Part shown: positions 20,606 to 29,936 of the stretch, piece after piece
How the letters are laid out: each line of letters begins with the position of its first letter
Numbering within the stretch: the stretch's first letter is position 1
Source: Nitrospirota bacterium
GTDB taxonomy: Bacteria; Nitrospirota; Thermodesulfovibrionia; Thermodesulfovibrionales; Dissulfurispiraceae
DNA length: 64,000 bases
Direction: 5' to 3'
NCBI GenBank assembly: GCA_963710375.1
Contig: CAVPZX010000002.1
Span: forward strand, 608,001-672,000
The notes under the pieces: model-generated
The model's database searches: none
The model's input: only the letters and a program-made list of their open reading frames with translations
What the model was told of the DNA's origin: nothing
Translations under genes and position numbers: made by a program

Positions 20606-21025
20606 CCATATCACGTCTTGGAACAGAAAGTTATTGAAACCAAGAAAGGATGCAGTAGAACAGAAAATATCTTCTTGAGAAAATGTTATCCAGAGTGTTG
20701 CCCGCTCTCGTGAACGTGGTTTTTAAAGAGTGGGTGCCTTGTTGGCATTTGCCACGGACATCGTTACCAGTACAAAAGCTTCAGTGGCGCGTTTTGTTTC
20801 AATTCAGAAAATTGAGAGTTAAAACTTAACTCATCGTTACGCGTTTGCTTTTTGTTGAAAATCCTCAGTCTCGAACCTTGCTTGATATTGCGGCTTAGTC
20901 GGTGACATCCTCACTGTAAGGCTAATTTGAAAAACACGGACTTCGGAAAGATATTCGCAGGCATAGTTAACAACCCTTCGGAACCGGCACTGTTTTTATT
21001 TGGGTTTTTTTGTTGCCATTTTATA

Positions 21026-21232
21026 TCACAAAAGAAATTTTATGATTATAGAAAAGGGTGGGATACTGGTATCAACAACACTTTGTTCATCCCTATCATC
21101 AGCATAATAGGCCACTATGGTATCGTCAGACAGTTTTTCAATAATTATTTTATGGATACGACATTGTTGTTGAAAGGAGTTGCCGTTGTGGGTTTTTTCA
21201 AGGATTAGTCGTAATTTTTGAAGTATTGTCAT
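21026..21232 (-). CDS. Hypothetical protein
   Basis: GGAG RBS, 68 aa. Confidence 0.35.
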   Translation of the reverse strand: MTILQKLRLILEKTHNGNSFQQQCRIHKIIIEKLSDDTIVAYYADDRDEQSVVDTSIPPFSIIIKFLL

Positions 21233-21313
21233 ATCACTCCCAGCTAATCGTTGCGTCCCGATACAGAAGCGGCTCAGGAGATATAATTAATATTTCAACA
21301 CTTAGGTCATAAG

Positions 21314-21646
21314 TTATTCTATCCCACCTTCAACTGACTCTGCTATTTTGAAAACAACCTCTATAACTTTTTCAGATTCTTCTTTAATCACTTCATCATT
21401 TGTTTTTGCATGAATCAAATTGAACCATCCCTTTGATTCAAGCATGCAAAGGAGTTTTTCGCAGTTTACGCATTTAGGATCGTAATGAATGGTTATGCTA
21501 CCTGTAAGAACATGGCTCTCAAGTGACTTGACGCCAGCTATGCTTTGTAGGTACTCACATAACTTATGAGCATTATCCTCATTATTATGGATAAACGGTG
21601 TCTGAATCCGTAATCTGCCGGGCACATGATGCACATAATATTCCAT
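21314..21646 (-). CDS. HMA2 (heavy-metal-associated) domain protein
   Basis: YYVHHVPGRLRI, GV.S......TGSITIHYD. Confidence 0.8.
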   Translation of the reverse strand: MEYYVHHVPGRLRIQTPFIHNNEDNAHKLCEYLQSIAGVKSLESHVLTGSITIHYDPKCVNCEKLLCMLESKGWFNLIHAKTNDEVIKEESEKVIEVVFKIAESVEGGIE

Positions 21647-21731
21647 TTGCGTCTCTCCGATTTGTTATTATTCAGTAACCTTATAATCAAATTTACCATA
21701 GATATTGTTAAAAGTTACAGCGTGGTTACCA

Positions 21732-21902
21732 ATGAATAGCAGGAACAATAAGAGAAATAATCCTTCCATAACTCAAAAGTCTGCGATAAAATCAACTAAC
21801 CAGCATGAGCAATATGGTTCTATTTGCACCAATAAAGATTGTAAACTGAAAAAAGCAGGTTGCAAAGGATTTGAAGGATGTCCGGGCTACAAAGGCCGAT
21901 AA
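21732..21902 (+). CDS. Small Cys-rich protein
   Basis: C-terminal CTNKDCKLKKAGCKGFEGCPGYKGR. Confidence 0.45.
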   Translation: MNSRNNKRNNPSITQKSAIKSTNQHEQYGSICTNKDCKLKKAGCKGFEGCPGYKGR

Positions 21903-22004
21903 CACGAGAATAATAATCAGGGAGCTTATACATCTGCTATAATTCTGGTGAGTACAAATTATAATTATGCTAGTTTGCAAAATATTTTCAAAAAAAGCTG
22001 ATGA

Positions 22005-22832
22005 ATGATAGCTAACATTATAAAATATGCTCTAATAGTATCGATAATCGTGTTAATGATCCTCTCAGTGTGCAATTTTCAATATAAGCTTCTCTATTAT
22101 CCAAGCTCTTTTATACCCTCACGGGAAGTGCTCAGTGCTAATAACATACAATTCTGGCCCTCAGGTCCAAGCGGCTATCGAGGCTTCATTGGCACTACTC
22201 AGATCAAAAATCCTAATGGCACCATTATAGTATTTCATGGCAATGCCGGTACAGCTGCTGACAGAGCATATTATGTGACGGCGTTAGAATCTTCAGGGTA
22301 TCGAGTCCTGCTTGCCGAATATCCAGGGTACGGAGAAAGAGCAGGAGAACTGGGAGAGAAGTCATTTGTTCGTGATGCAAAGGAAACAGTACATCTTGCA
22401 GTGCAACAATATGGAAGTCCAATTTTTCTCCTGGGAGAATCCTTAGGCTGTGGAGTGACAGCAGAAGTAGCGAAGGACATGCCTGGCACGGTCGGCGGGA
22501 TTGTGCTTATCACTCCTTGGGACACGCTTCTGTCTGTTGCTCAATCCATATTCCCATGGCTGCCCGTGCGATTGTTTATGAAAGACAAATATGACAACGT
22601 TGGAAATCTTAAGGGCTATCGGGGAAGAATTGCCGTGGTAGGAGCGGAACAGGATACGATAATCCCGATGAAACACGCTACTGCATTGTATGAATCATTA
22701 TCTGGAAAGAAAGCAATGTTTGTGATTAAAGGAGCTGGACATAATGATTGGTTATCGTGGGTGGACCCTACATGGTGGCAAAAAATTATGGGATTTGTTG
22801 ATGGAAAAGTCAGCACTCCTACAGGAGCCTAG
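22005..22832 (+). CDS. Alpha/beta hydrolase
   Basis: FHGNAG, YPGYG, GESLG nucleophile elbow, D.IIP, GAGHND. Confidence 0.9.
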   Translation: MIANIIKYALIVSIIVLMILSVCNFQYKLLYYPSSFIPSREVLSANNIQFWPSGPSGYRGFIGTTQIKNPNGTIIVFHGNAGTAADRAYYVTALESSGYRVLLAEYPGYGERAGELGEKSFVRDAKETVHLAVQQYGSPIFLLGESLGCGVTAEVAKDMPGTVGGIVLITPWDTLLSVAQSIFPWLPVRLFMKDKYDNVGNLKGYRGRIAVVGAEQDTIIPMKHATALYESLSGKKAMFVIKGAGHNDWLSWVDPTWWQKIMGFVDGKVSTPTGA

Positions 22833-22948
22833 CTGATACTCATCTCCTTCCTGTAGTCCGCAAGACTAACGTGCTATATAATGGAGCAGATTACAACAGA
22901 AAATCGTTGCAGGTTGGTTGAGAAAATAATGGTGCGGAAATAAATGCT

Positions 22949-24037
22949 AAAAAAGTTACGATACATTTTCGACATTGACGTTTGATGGATCATTATGCAC
23001 GGGCATATCCTATCTTCAGCTGGATACGTGGCTGGAGGAGGCTACAGGATATGCTCAGGGGTCTTCAGAGGTTTGATAAAAACGAAGTGGCAAAACAGCG
23101 ACATAAGATCATTCAGTTCTACGATCAATATGGTGAGGCAGCCACTAAAGAAGCTTTTGGAGCAGATCGCAAGGTGATTTATACCTGGAAGAAAAAGCTC
23201 ATGCAGTCTGGAGGAAGGCTGGAAGCTCTTGTGCCTGTCAGTACAAAACCCTATAACGTAAGGACCATGTCTGTTGATCAGCGTATCGTAGAGTTCATTC
23301 GTGCCTACAGACGCAAGTACGGAAGAATCGGCAAAGAGAAACTTAAACCTTTGCTGGATGCATATTGCAAAGAAATGGGCATTACTACTATCTCTGAGTC
23401 TAAAATAGGCAAGATCATCAAGAGATACAAGTTCTTTTCCCAGGGCAGCCCAGGCAGAGTGTACCACAACCCCGACAGAAAACAGCCTGAGAAATGCAAA
23501 AGACAACGTGTAAAAAAATCACCCAAACCCCTTGAACCAGGTTACCTTCTGGCCGATAGTTCAGTTGTTCACGATGCCGGTGTTACCCGGTACCTGATTT
23601 CAGCAATAGATGTTGTGACTAAGTTTGCCCTGACTGGTTGCTACGGCTCGCTTTCAAGCCGCTCGGCAACAGACTTCCTGAAACGCCTTATGCTTGTTTG
23701 CCCGCTCCCAGTGCTGTCTGTGCAAAGTGATAACGGCTCTGAATTCCTCGGTGACTTTGATAAGGAACTCCAAAAACACAAAATACCGCATCTCTTTAGT
23801 TATCCTCGTTGCCCTAAGATAAATAGTTTCATTGAACGATACAACAGAACAATTAAAGATGAGTTCGTCGCTCAAAACCTCGACTCAATACATGACATCA
23901 AACTTTTTAGAATGCGATTGGCTGAGTATCTTGTCTTCTATAACTGCATTCGACCACACAAAAGTCTTGGCCAAAAATCGCCATCACAGTCACTCATAGA
24001 AAAAGGGGCAATGTCGAAAATGTTTGCAACTCGTACA
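22949..24037 (+). mobile_element. IS481-like insertion sequence with 29-bp imperfect IRs and 6-bp flanking direct repeat AATGCT
   Basis: Left aaaaaagttacgatACATTTTCGACATTG vs right (reverse complement) tgtacgagttgcaaACATTTTCGACATTG; AATGCT at 22943-22948 and 24038-24043. Confidence 0.75.
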
Positions 24038-24046
24038 AATGCTTGA
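22982..24046 (+). CDS. DDE (rve integrase core) transposase; start may be ATG 23051
   Basis: HTH N-terminus; LAD, AIDV.TK, QSDNGSEF, PKINSFIERYNRTI.DEF, YN..RPH.SL. Confidence 0.92.
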   Translation: MMDHYARAYPIFSWIRGWRRLQDMLRGLQRFDKNEVAKQRHKIIQFYDQYGEAATKEAFGADRKVIYTWKKKLMQSGGRLEALVPVSTKPYNVRTMSVDQRIVEFIRAYRRKYGRIGKEKLKPLLDAYCKEMGITTISESKIGKIIKRYKFFSQGSPGRVYHNPDRKQPEKCKRQRVKKSPKPLEPGYLLADSSVVHDAGVTRYLISAIDVVTKFALTGCYGSLSSRSATDFLKRLMLVCPLPVLSVQSDNGSEFLGDFDKELQKHKIPHLFSYPRCPKINSFIERYNRTIKDEFVAQNLDSIHDIKLFRMRLAEYLVFYNCIRPHKSLGQKSPSQSLIEKGAMSKMFATRTNA

Positions 24047-24071
24047 CAATCACCTTAAAGAGGCGTATAAA
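24043..24071 (+). promoter_or_regulatory. Near-consensus sigma70 promoter
   Basis: TTGACA-17 nt-TATAAA. Confidence 0.75.
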
Positions 24072-24077
24072 TGAATT

Positions 24078-24235
24078 AAAGAGCGGCTTGCTAAAAGTGG
24101 TGGTCTTGCTCTTCTCAGGCTCAGCGAAAGGATGTAAAGGAGTAGGACGTAGGTTGTAGACGTAAAAGTCTTAAGCTGTATGTCTCAAACTGTGCAAACT
24201 GCTGAGATATGAGAGGAAGCAAGCACCACTTTTTT
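24078..24235 (+). ncRNA. Candidate structured ncRNA (rod with central bubble, 6S-like topology)
   Basis: Nested pairings AAAAGTGGTG/CACCACTTTT, CTTGCT/AGCAAG, CTTCTCA/TGAGAGG, CTCAGC/GCTGAG, GGACGTA/TATGTCT, AGAC/GTCT; promoter upstream, U-tract downstream. Confidence 0.55.
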
Positions 24236-24255
24236 GTTTATTTGGAGTTCCAATA

Positions 24256-24579
24256 ATGACCCTGCTACGATGGTATCACTACATCGCCATTTTCTTTGCC
24301 GGTGCCTTTCTGACAAACGCGGTGCCGCACTTCGTGAACGGCGTCTCAGGCGGGCCGTTTCAGTCGCCGTTCGCCTCGCCGCCGGGCGAGGGGCTCTCGT
24401 CTTCGACTGTAAATGTGCTGTGGGGGATGACGAACCTGATCATAGGATATGTTTTGTGCCGCGCTGGCCGGTTGCAGTTGCAGCAGACACGACTGGCGCT
24501 GCTCTTCGGCGCTGGCGTGCTGGCGATGGCACTCCTTCTGGCGCGGAGTTTTGGCCGCTTTCACGGCGGACTCATATAG
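24256..24579 (+). CDS. Small integral membrane protein
   Basis: GGAG RBS; about 3 TM segments; NAVPHFVNGVSG.PFQSPFA.PPG. Confidence 0.7.
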   Translation: MTLLRWYHYIAIFFAGAFLTNAVPHFVNGVSGGPFQSPFASPPGEGLSSSTVNVLWGMTNLIIGYVLCRAGRLQLQQTRLALLFGAGVLAMALLLARSFGRFHGGLI

Positions 24580-24804
24580 ACGCTTGCGAGCGCAGGAAAA
24601 ACGATCTGCACGCTTCAGTCGTCAACGAACCGACAATGCAGTTCAGCGGTGTCCGATACTATCAGCTCTGTCAATGCGCTTGATTCTATTGAAAATCGTC
24701 GGTCACGATTCTTATCTGATTTTGCGGCATTGTCGGTGTACCGGTTGCGCAGGGCTCCTTCCTGCTCTACGAAGTTTCATAATACCGCAAATGTGTGCAG
24801 AGTT

Positions 24805-24882
24805 CTACCGGAAATATTGCCTGCCAGGCACCCAAACAGAGTACCCTTCCTCCGATTTCTGTAAGTTTACCTTGTATTTCAT
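24805..24882 (-). pseudogene. Truncated HicB-like antitoxin (about 20 N-terminal codons)
   Basis: GGAGG RBS then MKYKVNLQKSEEGYSVWVPG, after which similarity is lost and a stop follows. Confidence 0.6.
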
Positions 24883-25021
24883 AGCAGCACCTCCATAACA
24901 ATCCTTGTTACTATTTTACCCTTTATTACGGTTTGAGACAAACTTTAAATGAATTACTAGCGTAATCCCCGTGCTCTTGTCGCATGGAAGATTAATCTGC
25001 AGTTCGACACTCGTGAGGTAA

Positions 25022-25639
25022 TTATTTAGGCATATATTTGTCTTTGTCTGCCAGTCCGCGCTCAACGGCTTCAGACAGCGCCTTGTTGATCAATTCTTCC
25101 GCCTTTTCCCTGCTGAACGGGACTGTTTCATAGGATGAGGACACTTCAATTTTCTCCTTGTGCAGTAGTTCTCTTGTCTTGGCGTCAGCAATGCAAAGCG
25201 TGAATTTAATAGAGTAGATATACTCTGTCTTGATAAGATTTCCCGTCACATTGAGGGCAATGTCGTCCAGCGTCCCGCCAACAACAACGACGCCCCAGTC
25301 AGGCTTTAATGACTTAGGGTTCCCGTCCCACGTTTCGTTGGTCATGCTGACCTTATAGCCCCTGTTCTCAAGGTATGAGGCAAAACCTTTCGAGAGGGCC
25401 TCTGCCGGATCGCCAACAAGCGAAATGAAAGGGGTTCCACCTTCTTTTTTCCCGATTACCCTCTTATCGGCAACTTGCCTCTCATCACTGAGCAGAGCCA
25501 CTGTAACCGGGACACCGCCGGTTTTCTCATACTGCTTGAGCGGTTGGTAAGAAAGCGTTATTGGGTAATTTAAAGTGCCCGCACAAGAGACCATTGACGA
25601 CACGAGAAAAAGAAATACAATAATTGCCGCTCTTTTCAT
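25022..25639 (-). CDS. YajG-like lipoprotein
   Basis: Lipobox MVSC, LSYQP, DER...IG. Confidence 0.6.
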   Translation of the reverse strand: MKRAAIIVFLFLVSSMVSCAGTLNYPITLSYQPLKQYEKTGGVPVTVALLSDERQVADKRVIGKKEGGTPFISLVGDPAEALSKGFASYLENRGYKVSMTNETWDGNPKSLKPDWGVVVVGGTLDDIALNVTGNLIKTEYIYSIKFTLCIADAKTRELLHKEKIEVSSSYETVPFSREKAEELINKALSEAVERGLADKDKYMPK

Positions 25640-25642
25640 TTT

Positions 25643-26668
25643 TTATGCTCCTTTTGGGCTCGGGGATAACCGGACCATATAGTTATTAATCATCTCATCC
25701 GACGCAGGGCAAACCTGCATGATGAAGCAGTCGCCGTTTTTTCTGACAGAAACATCGACGACAGAGAGGGTCTTTGCATCGGAATAGCGCGCGCAGAGCG
25801 CAGCAGCTATCCCCAGTTCATCTTCTGTCATTGTGCCGCTTGCAACCGTAAACGGACTGCCATGTCCCTCAACCCATAACAGGTAATCGCCGGCGCCGGC
25901 CAGGGAATCAATCATTTTGTTGTCCTCCTCATGCCTCCCGACAATAATCTTGCCGCTCGGGGGGACCCTGAAATGGCGACCCACTCGCAGCAACTGTATA
26001 TCTTTTGACTGAGGAGAAGGAGTATGCTCCAGCAGTTCCCTGAGACGATGTGAATAAATCGGGTCTGTCAAAAGACACCCTCCCGCAGGAGCTGGATAAT
26101 CGGTGAGACCAAATTCACGTGCAAGGGCAATTTGGGGTTTTCTCGACCTGCCGTTAAACGCGCAGAGCTTCTCCCTGTCAATAATCCCAGCCTGTTCAGG
26201 GATTGTCGGTTTAAGCAGTCGTGCGCTCAGAGGCCTCACAATATACCCGGCCAATCCAGCCTCTCTGTCGATCTTCGGGAAAGTGTCCCTGCGCTGGCTC
26301 ATAGGCCTCTGCCCAAGCACTTCTCCTGTTATGATGAAATCAGCCCCGCGCATGTCCATAAGCACTTTGGCCTCCCGCAGCATCAATATTCTGCAATCGA
26401 TGCAGGGATTCATGTTCTTTCCATGTCCGAACTTCGGCTTTTTTACAATTTCTGTAAACCGGTCTGCAAGATGGCAGAGTTTTACCTGAAACCCGAATTG
26501 AGCGGCAGCGGCAAAGGGATCTTTAGAACAGGATGACCTGTCGGAGATATCGCAGCCGAAATGGGTGAGAAAGGTCACGGCGGTCACTTCTATCCCCTGC
26601 CTCATGGCAACCAGGATTGCCAGAGTGCTGTCAAGCCCCCCTGAATATAGTGCTATCGCCCTCGGCAT
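25643..26668 (-). CDS. PP-loop tRNA thiouridylase-like protein (ThiI/MnmA-related)
   Basis: SGGLDS, NPCIDC, TGEVLGQRPMSQ, PAGGCLLT, GRHFR. Confidence 0.8.
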   Translation of the reverse strand: MPRAIALYSGGLDSTLAILVAMRQGIEVTAVTFLTHFGCDISDRSSCSKDPFAAAAQFGFQVKLCHLADRFTEIVKKPKFGHGKNMNPCIDCRILMLREAKVLMDMRGADFIITGEVLGQRPMSQRRDTFPKIDREAGLAGYIVRPLSARLLKPTIPEQAGIIDREKLCAFNGRSRKPQIALAREFGLTDYPAPAGGCLLTDPIYSHRLRELLEHTPSPQSKDIQLLRVGRHFRVPPSGKIIVGRHEEDNKMIDSLAGAGDYLLWVEGHGSPFTVASGTMTEDELGIAAALCARYSDAKTLSVVDVSVRKNGDCFIMQVCPASDEMINNYMVRLSPSPKGA

Positions 26669-26670
26669 TG

Positions 26671-27660
26671 TTATCTTTTCCGGTCAGGGAGCAGTGACTC
26701 CAATAATAATTCAGGGGTTGCCACAGCGGTCCCGACCTCTCCGACAACAATACCGGCCGCGTGGTTGGCTATAACTGCGGCATCTTTAAGTGAGGCCCCC
26801 GCAGCATGCGCAAGGGCGAAAGCAGCAATAACTGTATCCCCTGCCCCTGTGACATCAAAAACCTTCTGAGCAACTGTAGGGATATGCGTTGCCTTGATCT
26901 CTTTTGAATTTTCGAGTTCGAACAGGCTCATGCCGTCCTCCCCCCGTGTCACCAGCAGCGATTTGCAGGATAGCCGGTTCATAAGCGTCTTGCCGGCCTT
27001 CATCAGGCCTTTTTCATCTCTGATCTCAACACCGGCCCCCAGGGATGCCTCCATAAGGTTCGGAGTTATGAGTGAGACGTTCTTGTAAAAGCGAAAATGT
27101 CCCACTTTAGGGTCAACAGCAATAAACGTATTATTGGGCTTGGCATATTTGACCAGCGCCTTAATAAGCGGCGCCGAGACTATGCCCTTCTTGTAGTCGG
27201 AAACAATGACCGCATCATGCCCGGTGATCGCTTTTCTTATGTAATTCAGCAGCAGGGAGAGATTTTTCCCTTCGAGCCTCTTGCTGTCCTCCCTGTCGAA
27301 CCTGACGACCTGCTGGTTATGGGCAACCACTCGCGTTTTTACCGTGGTCGGCCTCTTGTCTTCGATAATCCCTTCGGTCCCTGCATTTTTTTCCTCAAGC
27401 AGTTCCCTCAAATATTTTCCGGCAGTGTCTTTGCCGATAATGCCCGCAACTGATACGTTGCCGCCGAGGGCGATTATGTTGTTGGCGACATTTGCCGCGC
27501 CCCCAAGAAGAAAAGACTCGCTTACCACATCAACTACCGGCACAGGGGCTTCAGGAGAAATCCTGTTCACCTTTCCGAAGATATAACGGTCAAGTATCAA
27601 ATCTCCGATAACAAGTATCTTCTTGTGTTTAAAAGAATTAATAATAGTTCTAAAACCCAT
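26671..27660 (-). CDS. rfaE1: D-glycero-beta-D-manno-heptose-7-phosphate kinase
   Basis: RISPEAPVPV, GGAANVA, SDY.KG, DVTGAGDT. Confidence 0.92.
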   Translation of the reverse strand: MGFRTIINSFKHKKILVIGDLILDRYIFGKVNRISPEAPVPVVDVVSESFLLGGAANVANNIIALGGNVSVAGIIGKDTAGKYLRELLEEKNAGTEGIIEDKRPTTVKTRVVAHNQQVVRFDREDSKRLEGKNLSLLLNYIRKAITGHDAVIVSDYKKGIVSAPLIKALVKYAKPNNTFIAVDPKVGHFRFYKNVSLITPNLMEASLGAGVEIRDEKGLMKAGKTLMNRLSCKSLLVTRGEDGMSLFELENSKEIKATHIPTVAQKVFDVTGAGDTVIAAFALAHAAGASLKDAAVIANHAAGIVVGEVGTAVATPELLLESLLPDRKR

Positions 27661-27718
27661 CTTATAAAATAACGTATCACTCCAATTAGTTGCAAGCTGC
27701 TGAAGTCAAAGGCCCAAA

Positions 27719-28507
27719 TTAACTCCGGGGTTGGTCGTGGTCGGCGCGGCTTAAAGTCTCTCCTATTCTTTTCCACCTAACGCCCTCCGGTCCCCATGAC
27801 CAAAATACCAGGCGGGCTTTGCCGAGGACGTCCGAGAGGGGGACCGGACCAAACTGACGGCTGTCCCTGCTGGTCCCGGCATTGTCGCCAAGCACGTATA
27901 CCTCACCATGCGGCACCATATATGTGCTGCCGTCCGCGAGCCTTATCGTCTCACCGGGGAGTGCCGCTATCCGCTTTATATAGATTTTGCTGCGGTCGTC
28001 GGGATATATAAAGACGATGATGTCGCCTGTGGCCAGGGAAATCCGGTTGTATGCCGTCTTGTCCACAACAACCCGGTCTCCCTTGAGAGTCTGAGGTTGC
28101 ATGCTCTCGCTCGCTATTTTGTAAACTGCAGTGATGTTGTTGCGTGCATAAGAGTAAACTGAACCGAGAAAGAGCACTGAGCCTACAATCCAGGCTGCGA
28201 CATAAAAATACCAATGAGTATAGGCCTTTTGGTATGTCAGGCCGGTAGGACGCCGGTAAGCCTCGATGATCGAAAAAGCGTAGACAAACAGGACGGCTGA
28301 CAAGGTCAGGACAATGCCTGCGAGAAGGTACTTGTCGGGAAGAAGGACCGAGACCTTCAAGCCGGTAATAAATACGCCTGCGTATATCAGAATGAAGCAT
28401 ACGCCTTTAAGGAGTTCACCTTTATACACCTGCCCCAGGCCGGGCAGGGCCAATCCCAGTAAAGCAGCTATTTTGTTCCTTTCCGTATTTTGAGCTTTCA
28501 TCTCCAT
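27719..28507 (-). CDS. lepB: Signal peptidase I with extra N-terminal TM helices
   Basis: SESM.P...GD, YIKRI.ALPG, GDN..SRDSR.FG. Confidence 0.85.
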   Translation of the reverse strand: MEMKAQNTERNKIAALLGLALPGLGQVYKGELLKGVCFILIYAGVFITGLKVSVLLPDKYLLAGIVLTLSAVLFVYAFSIIEAYRRPTGLTYQKAYTHWYFYVAAWIVGSVLFLGSVYSYARNNITAVYKIASESMQPQTLKGDRVVVDKTAYNRISLATGDIIVFIYPDDRSKIYIKRIAALPGETIRLADGSTYMVPHGEVYVLGDNAGTSRDSRQFGPVPLSDVLGKARLVFWSWGPEGVRWKRIGETLSRADHDQPRS

Positions 28508-28561
28508 CTACGCCTCCATGTTTTTATCAATGAATACGCAGTCAGCCGGAAAAGGTTCCCG

Positions 28562-28774
28562 TTATCGGCAAACCACGGGCGAAAAGACTGCTAGATACAG
28601 CCTCACGAGGTTCAGTATTCCTAAGAACATCCCACCCGCAGCCGCTGCCATGCGGAGAAGATCGGGGAATACCAGTGGCCGCTGTGCAACCGACCGCTGC
28701 CGCTCATGTTCATAATCGCGGATCTTGCGCATGGTCCCGGACTTGAAATCACTTGACGGCTCAAATTCCTTCAT
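28562..28774 (-). CDS. Small membrane protein, putative anti-sigma factor
   Basis: Overlaps the ECF sigma 3' end, GGAGG RBS, C-terminal TM. Confidence 0.55.
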   Translation of the reverse strand: MKEFEPSSDFKSGTMRKIRDYEHERQRSVAQRPLVFPDLLRMAAAAGGMFLGILNLVRLYLAVFSPVVCR

Positions 28775-29324
28775 AACCTTTACCTCCAAAATATTCCTTT
28801 ACCAATCTTTTCATCTTCTCCCTTGCCCTGAACAACCTGGATTTAACTGTGCCGACCGAGACGTTCTCCTTCAAAGCAATTTCTTCCAGGGAATTCCCTT
28901 CAAGGCTTCCTAGGATAGCGGCGCGAAAGGTCTCCGGCAGTTGCTCCAGTGAAAACTGAAGGGCTTCTCTCCGTTCGGCTTCGAGCAGTTCCTCCTCAGG
29001 GGATCTGCGCCCGTCCTCCAGTTCGAAGCTCTGGTCCAGGCAGACTTTCCGGGCTATGTTTCTGCTTCTCAGTTCGCTGATACAGCGGTTGCGGGCGGTG
29101 ATGAAGAGCCATGCCGAAAAGGGAGTGCCGAGCGTTTCATCAAACTCCTTGATGGACTTATAGACACTCAAAAAGACCTCTTGCCCGAGGTCTTCCACTA
29201 CGTCGCCGTCGCCTACGAGTCAGAAAATGAAGTTCAGAAGGCGACGGTGATATTTCTCCACGAGGATGGAAAAAGCCTCGATATCTCCTCGCCTGACCCG
29301 CAGTATAACCTCGTTATCCTCCAC
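28761..29324 (-). pseudogene. ECF sigma factor with in-frame TGA at 29220-29222
   Basis: GGAGG-GTG start; GDIEAF..LVEKY...FIF*LVGD..VEDLGQEVF...FSAWLF.TARN...GTVKSRLFRAR all in one frame. Confidence 0.85.
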
Positions 29325-29651
29325 ACGTCCTCCGTATCCTGATAGCGTATTGATTATAATACGCGCAGACGCGAGAAAGGTTCCCGGCATGTTAGGACAA
29401 CAGTGCCGAATGACGCCGGGTTTAGCAGCTATACTGCTTGCAAACTGACCTGCTAACATCAAACCTCGTTATGTTATTCGTCATCTGACTTTTAATCCTA
29501 TTTTAGCTCTCACCGGAATAGCACCTTTTTCTTACTGCAATTGATAGGGTATTTTTTTCTTTTTCTGCATTGTCCGCCTGAGAACACGCGAAAAGCTCCT
29601 TCTCTAAAAAATGACAATTACCAAAAATAACTGACAAAATTCATTCCTAAA

Positions 29652-29705
29652 GTACTTCCTGAACACCACAGTTTAAGATTGACGCAACTCTATACACAAT
29701 GCACC
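29652..29705. repeat. 54-bp imperfect direct repeat, copy 1
   Basis: GTACTTCCTGAACACC...; 44/54 identical to 31047-31100. Confidence 0.7.
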
Positions 29706-29936
29706 AAGTAATCCTCACCGCAACAAGCTCTCCGATTGTGTTTATTTCCGTTTGAATGTGTTAAAAATCGTTTGCACAGATGTTACATATTAGAAGTCCG
29801 AGGCTTCAAAATAGCTTAGCGTTGAAAGAATACACCCTTACACTACAATTGCTTACGCGACAACTAAGAATGCATTAGCATATCTTTTCTGACTGTGCTA
29901 AAGTTCAGGAAACTAAGATGCCGCTGACGAGGAGAT

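Noticed and set aside
20700..21000. Several short hairpins suggesting a riboswitch
   Set aside because: No recognisable aptamer consensus; stems are short in AT-rich DNA
24629..24737. 11-bp inverted repeat ACCGACAATGC / GCATTGTCGGT
   Set aside because: Isolated, with no TSD or extended pairing; insufficient support
18860..24900. Integron cassette array or prophage
   Set aside because: No attC pattern, integrase or phage genes found; genes lie on mixed strands
29220..29222. TGA in the ECF sigma (and at 9951 in the kinase remnant) as selenocysteine
   Set aside because: Not a Cys/redox position (Arg expected in the sigma) and no convincing SECIS; nonsense mutation is simpler
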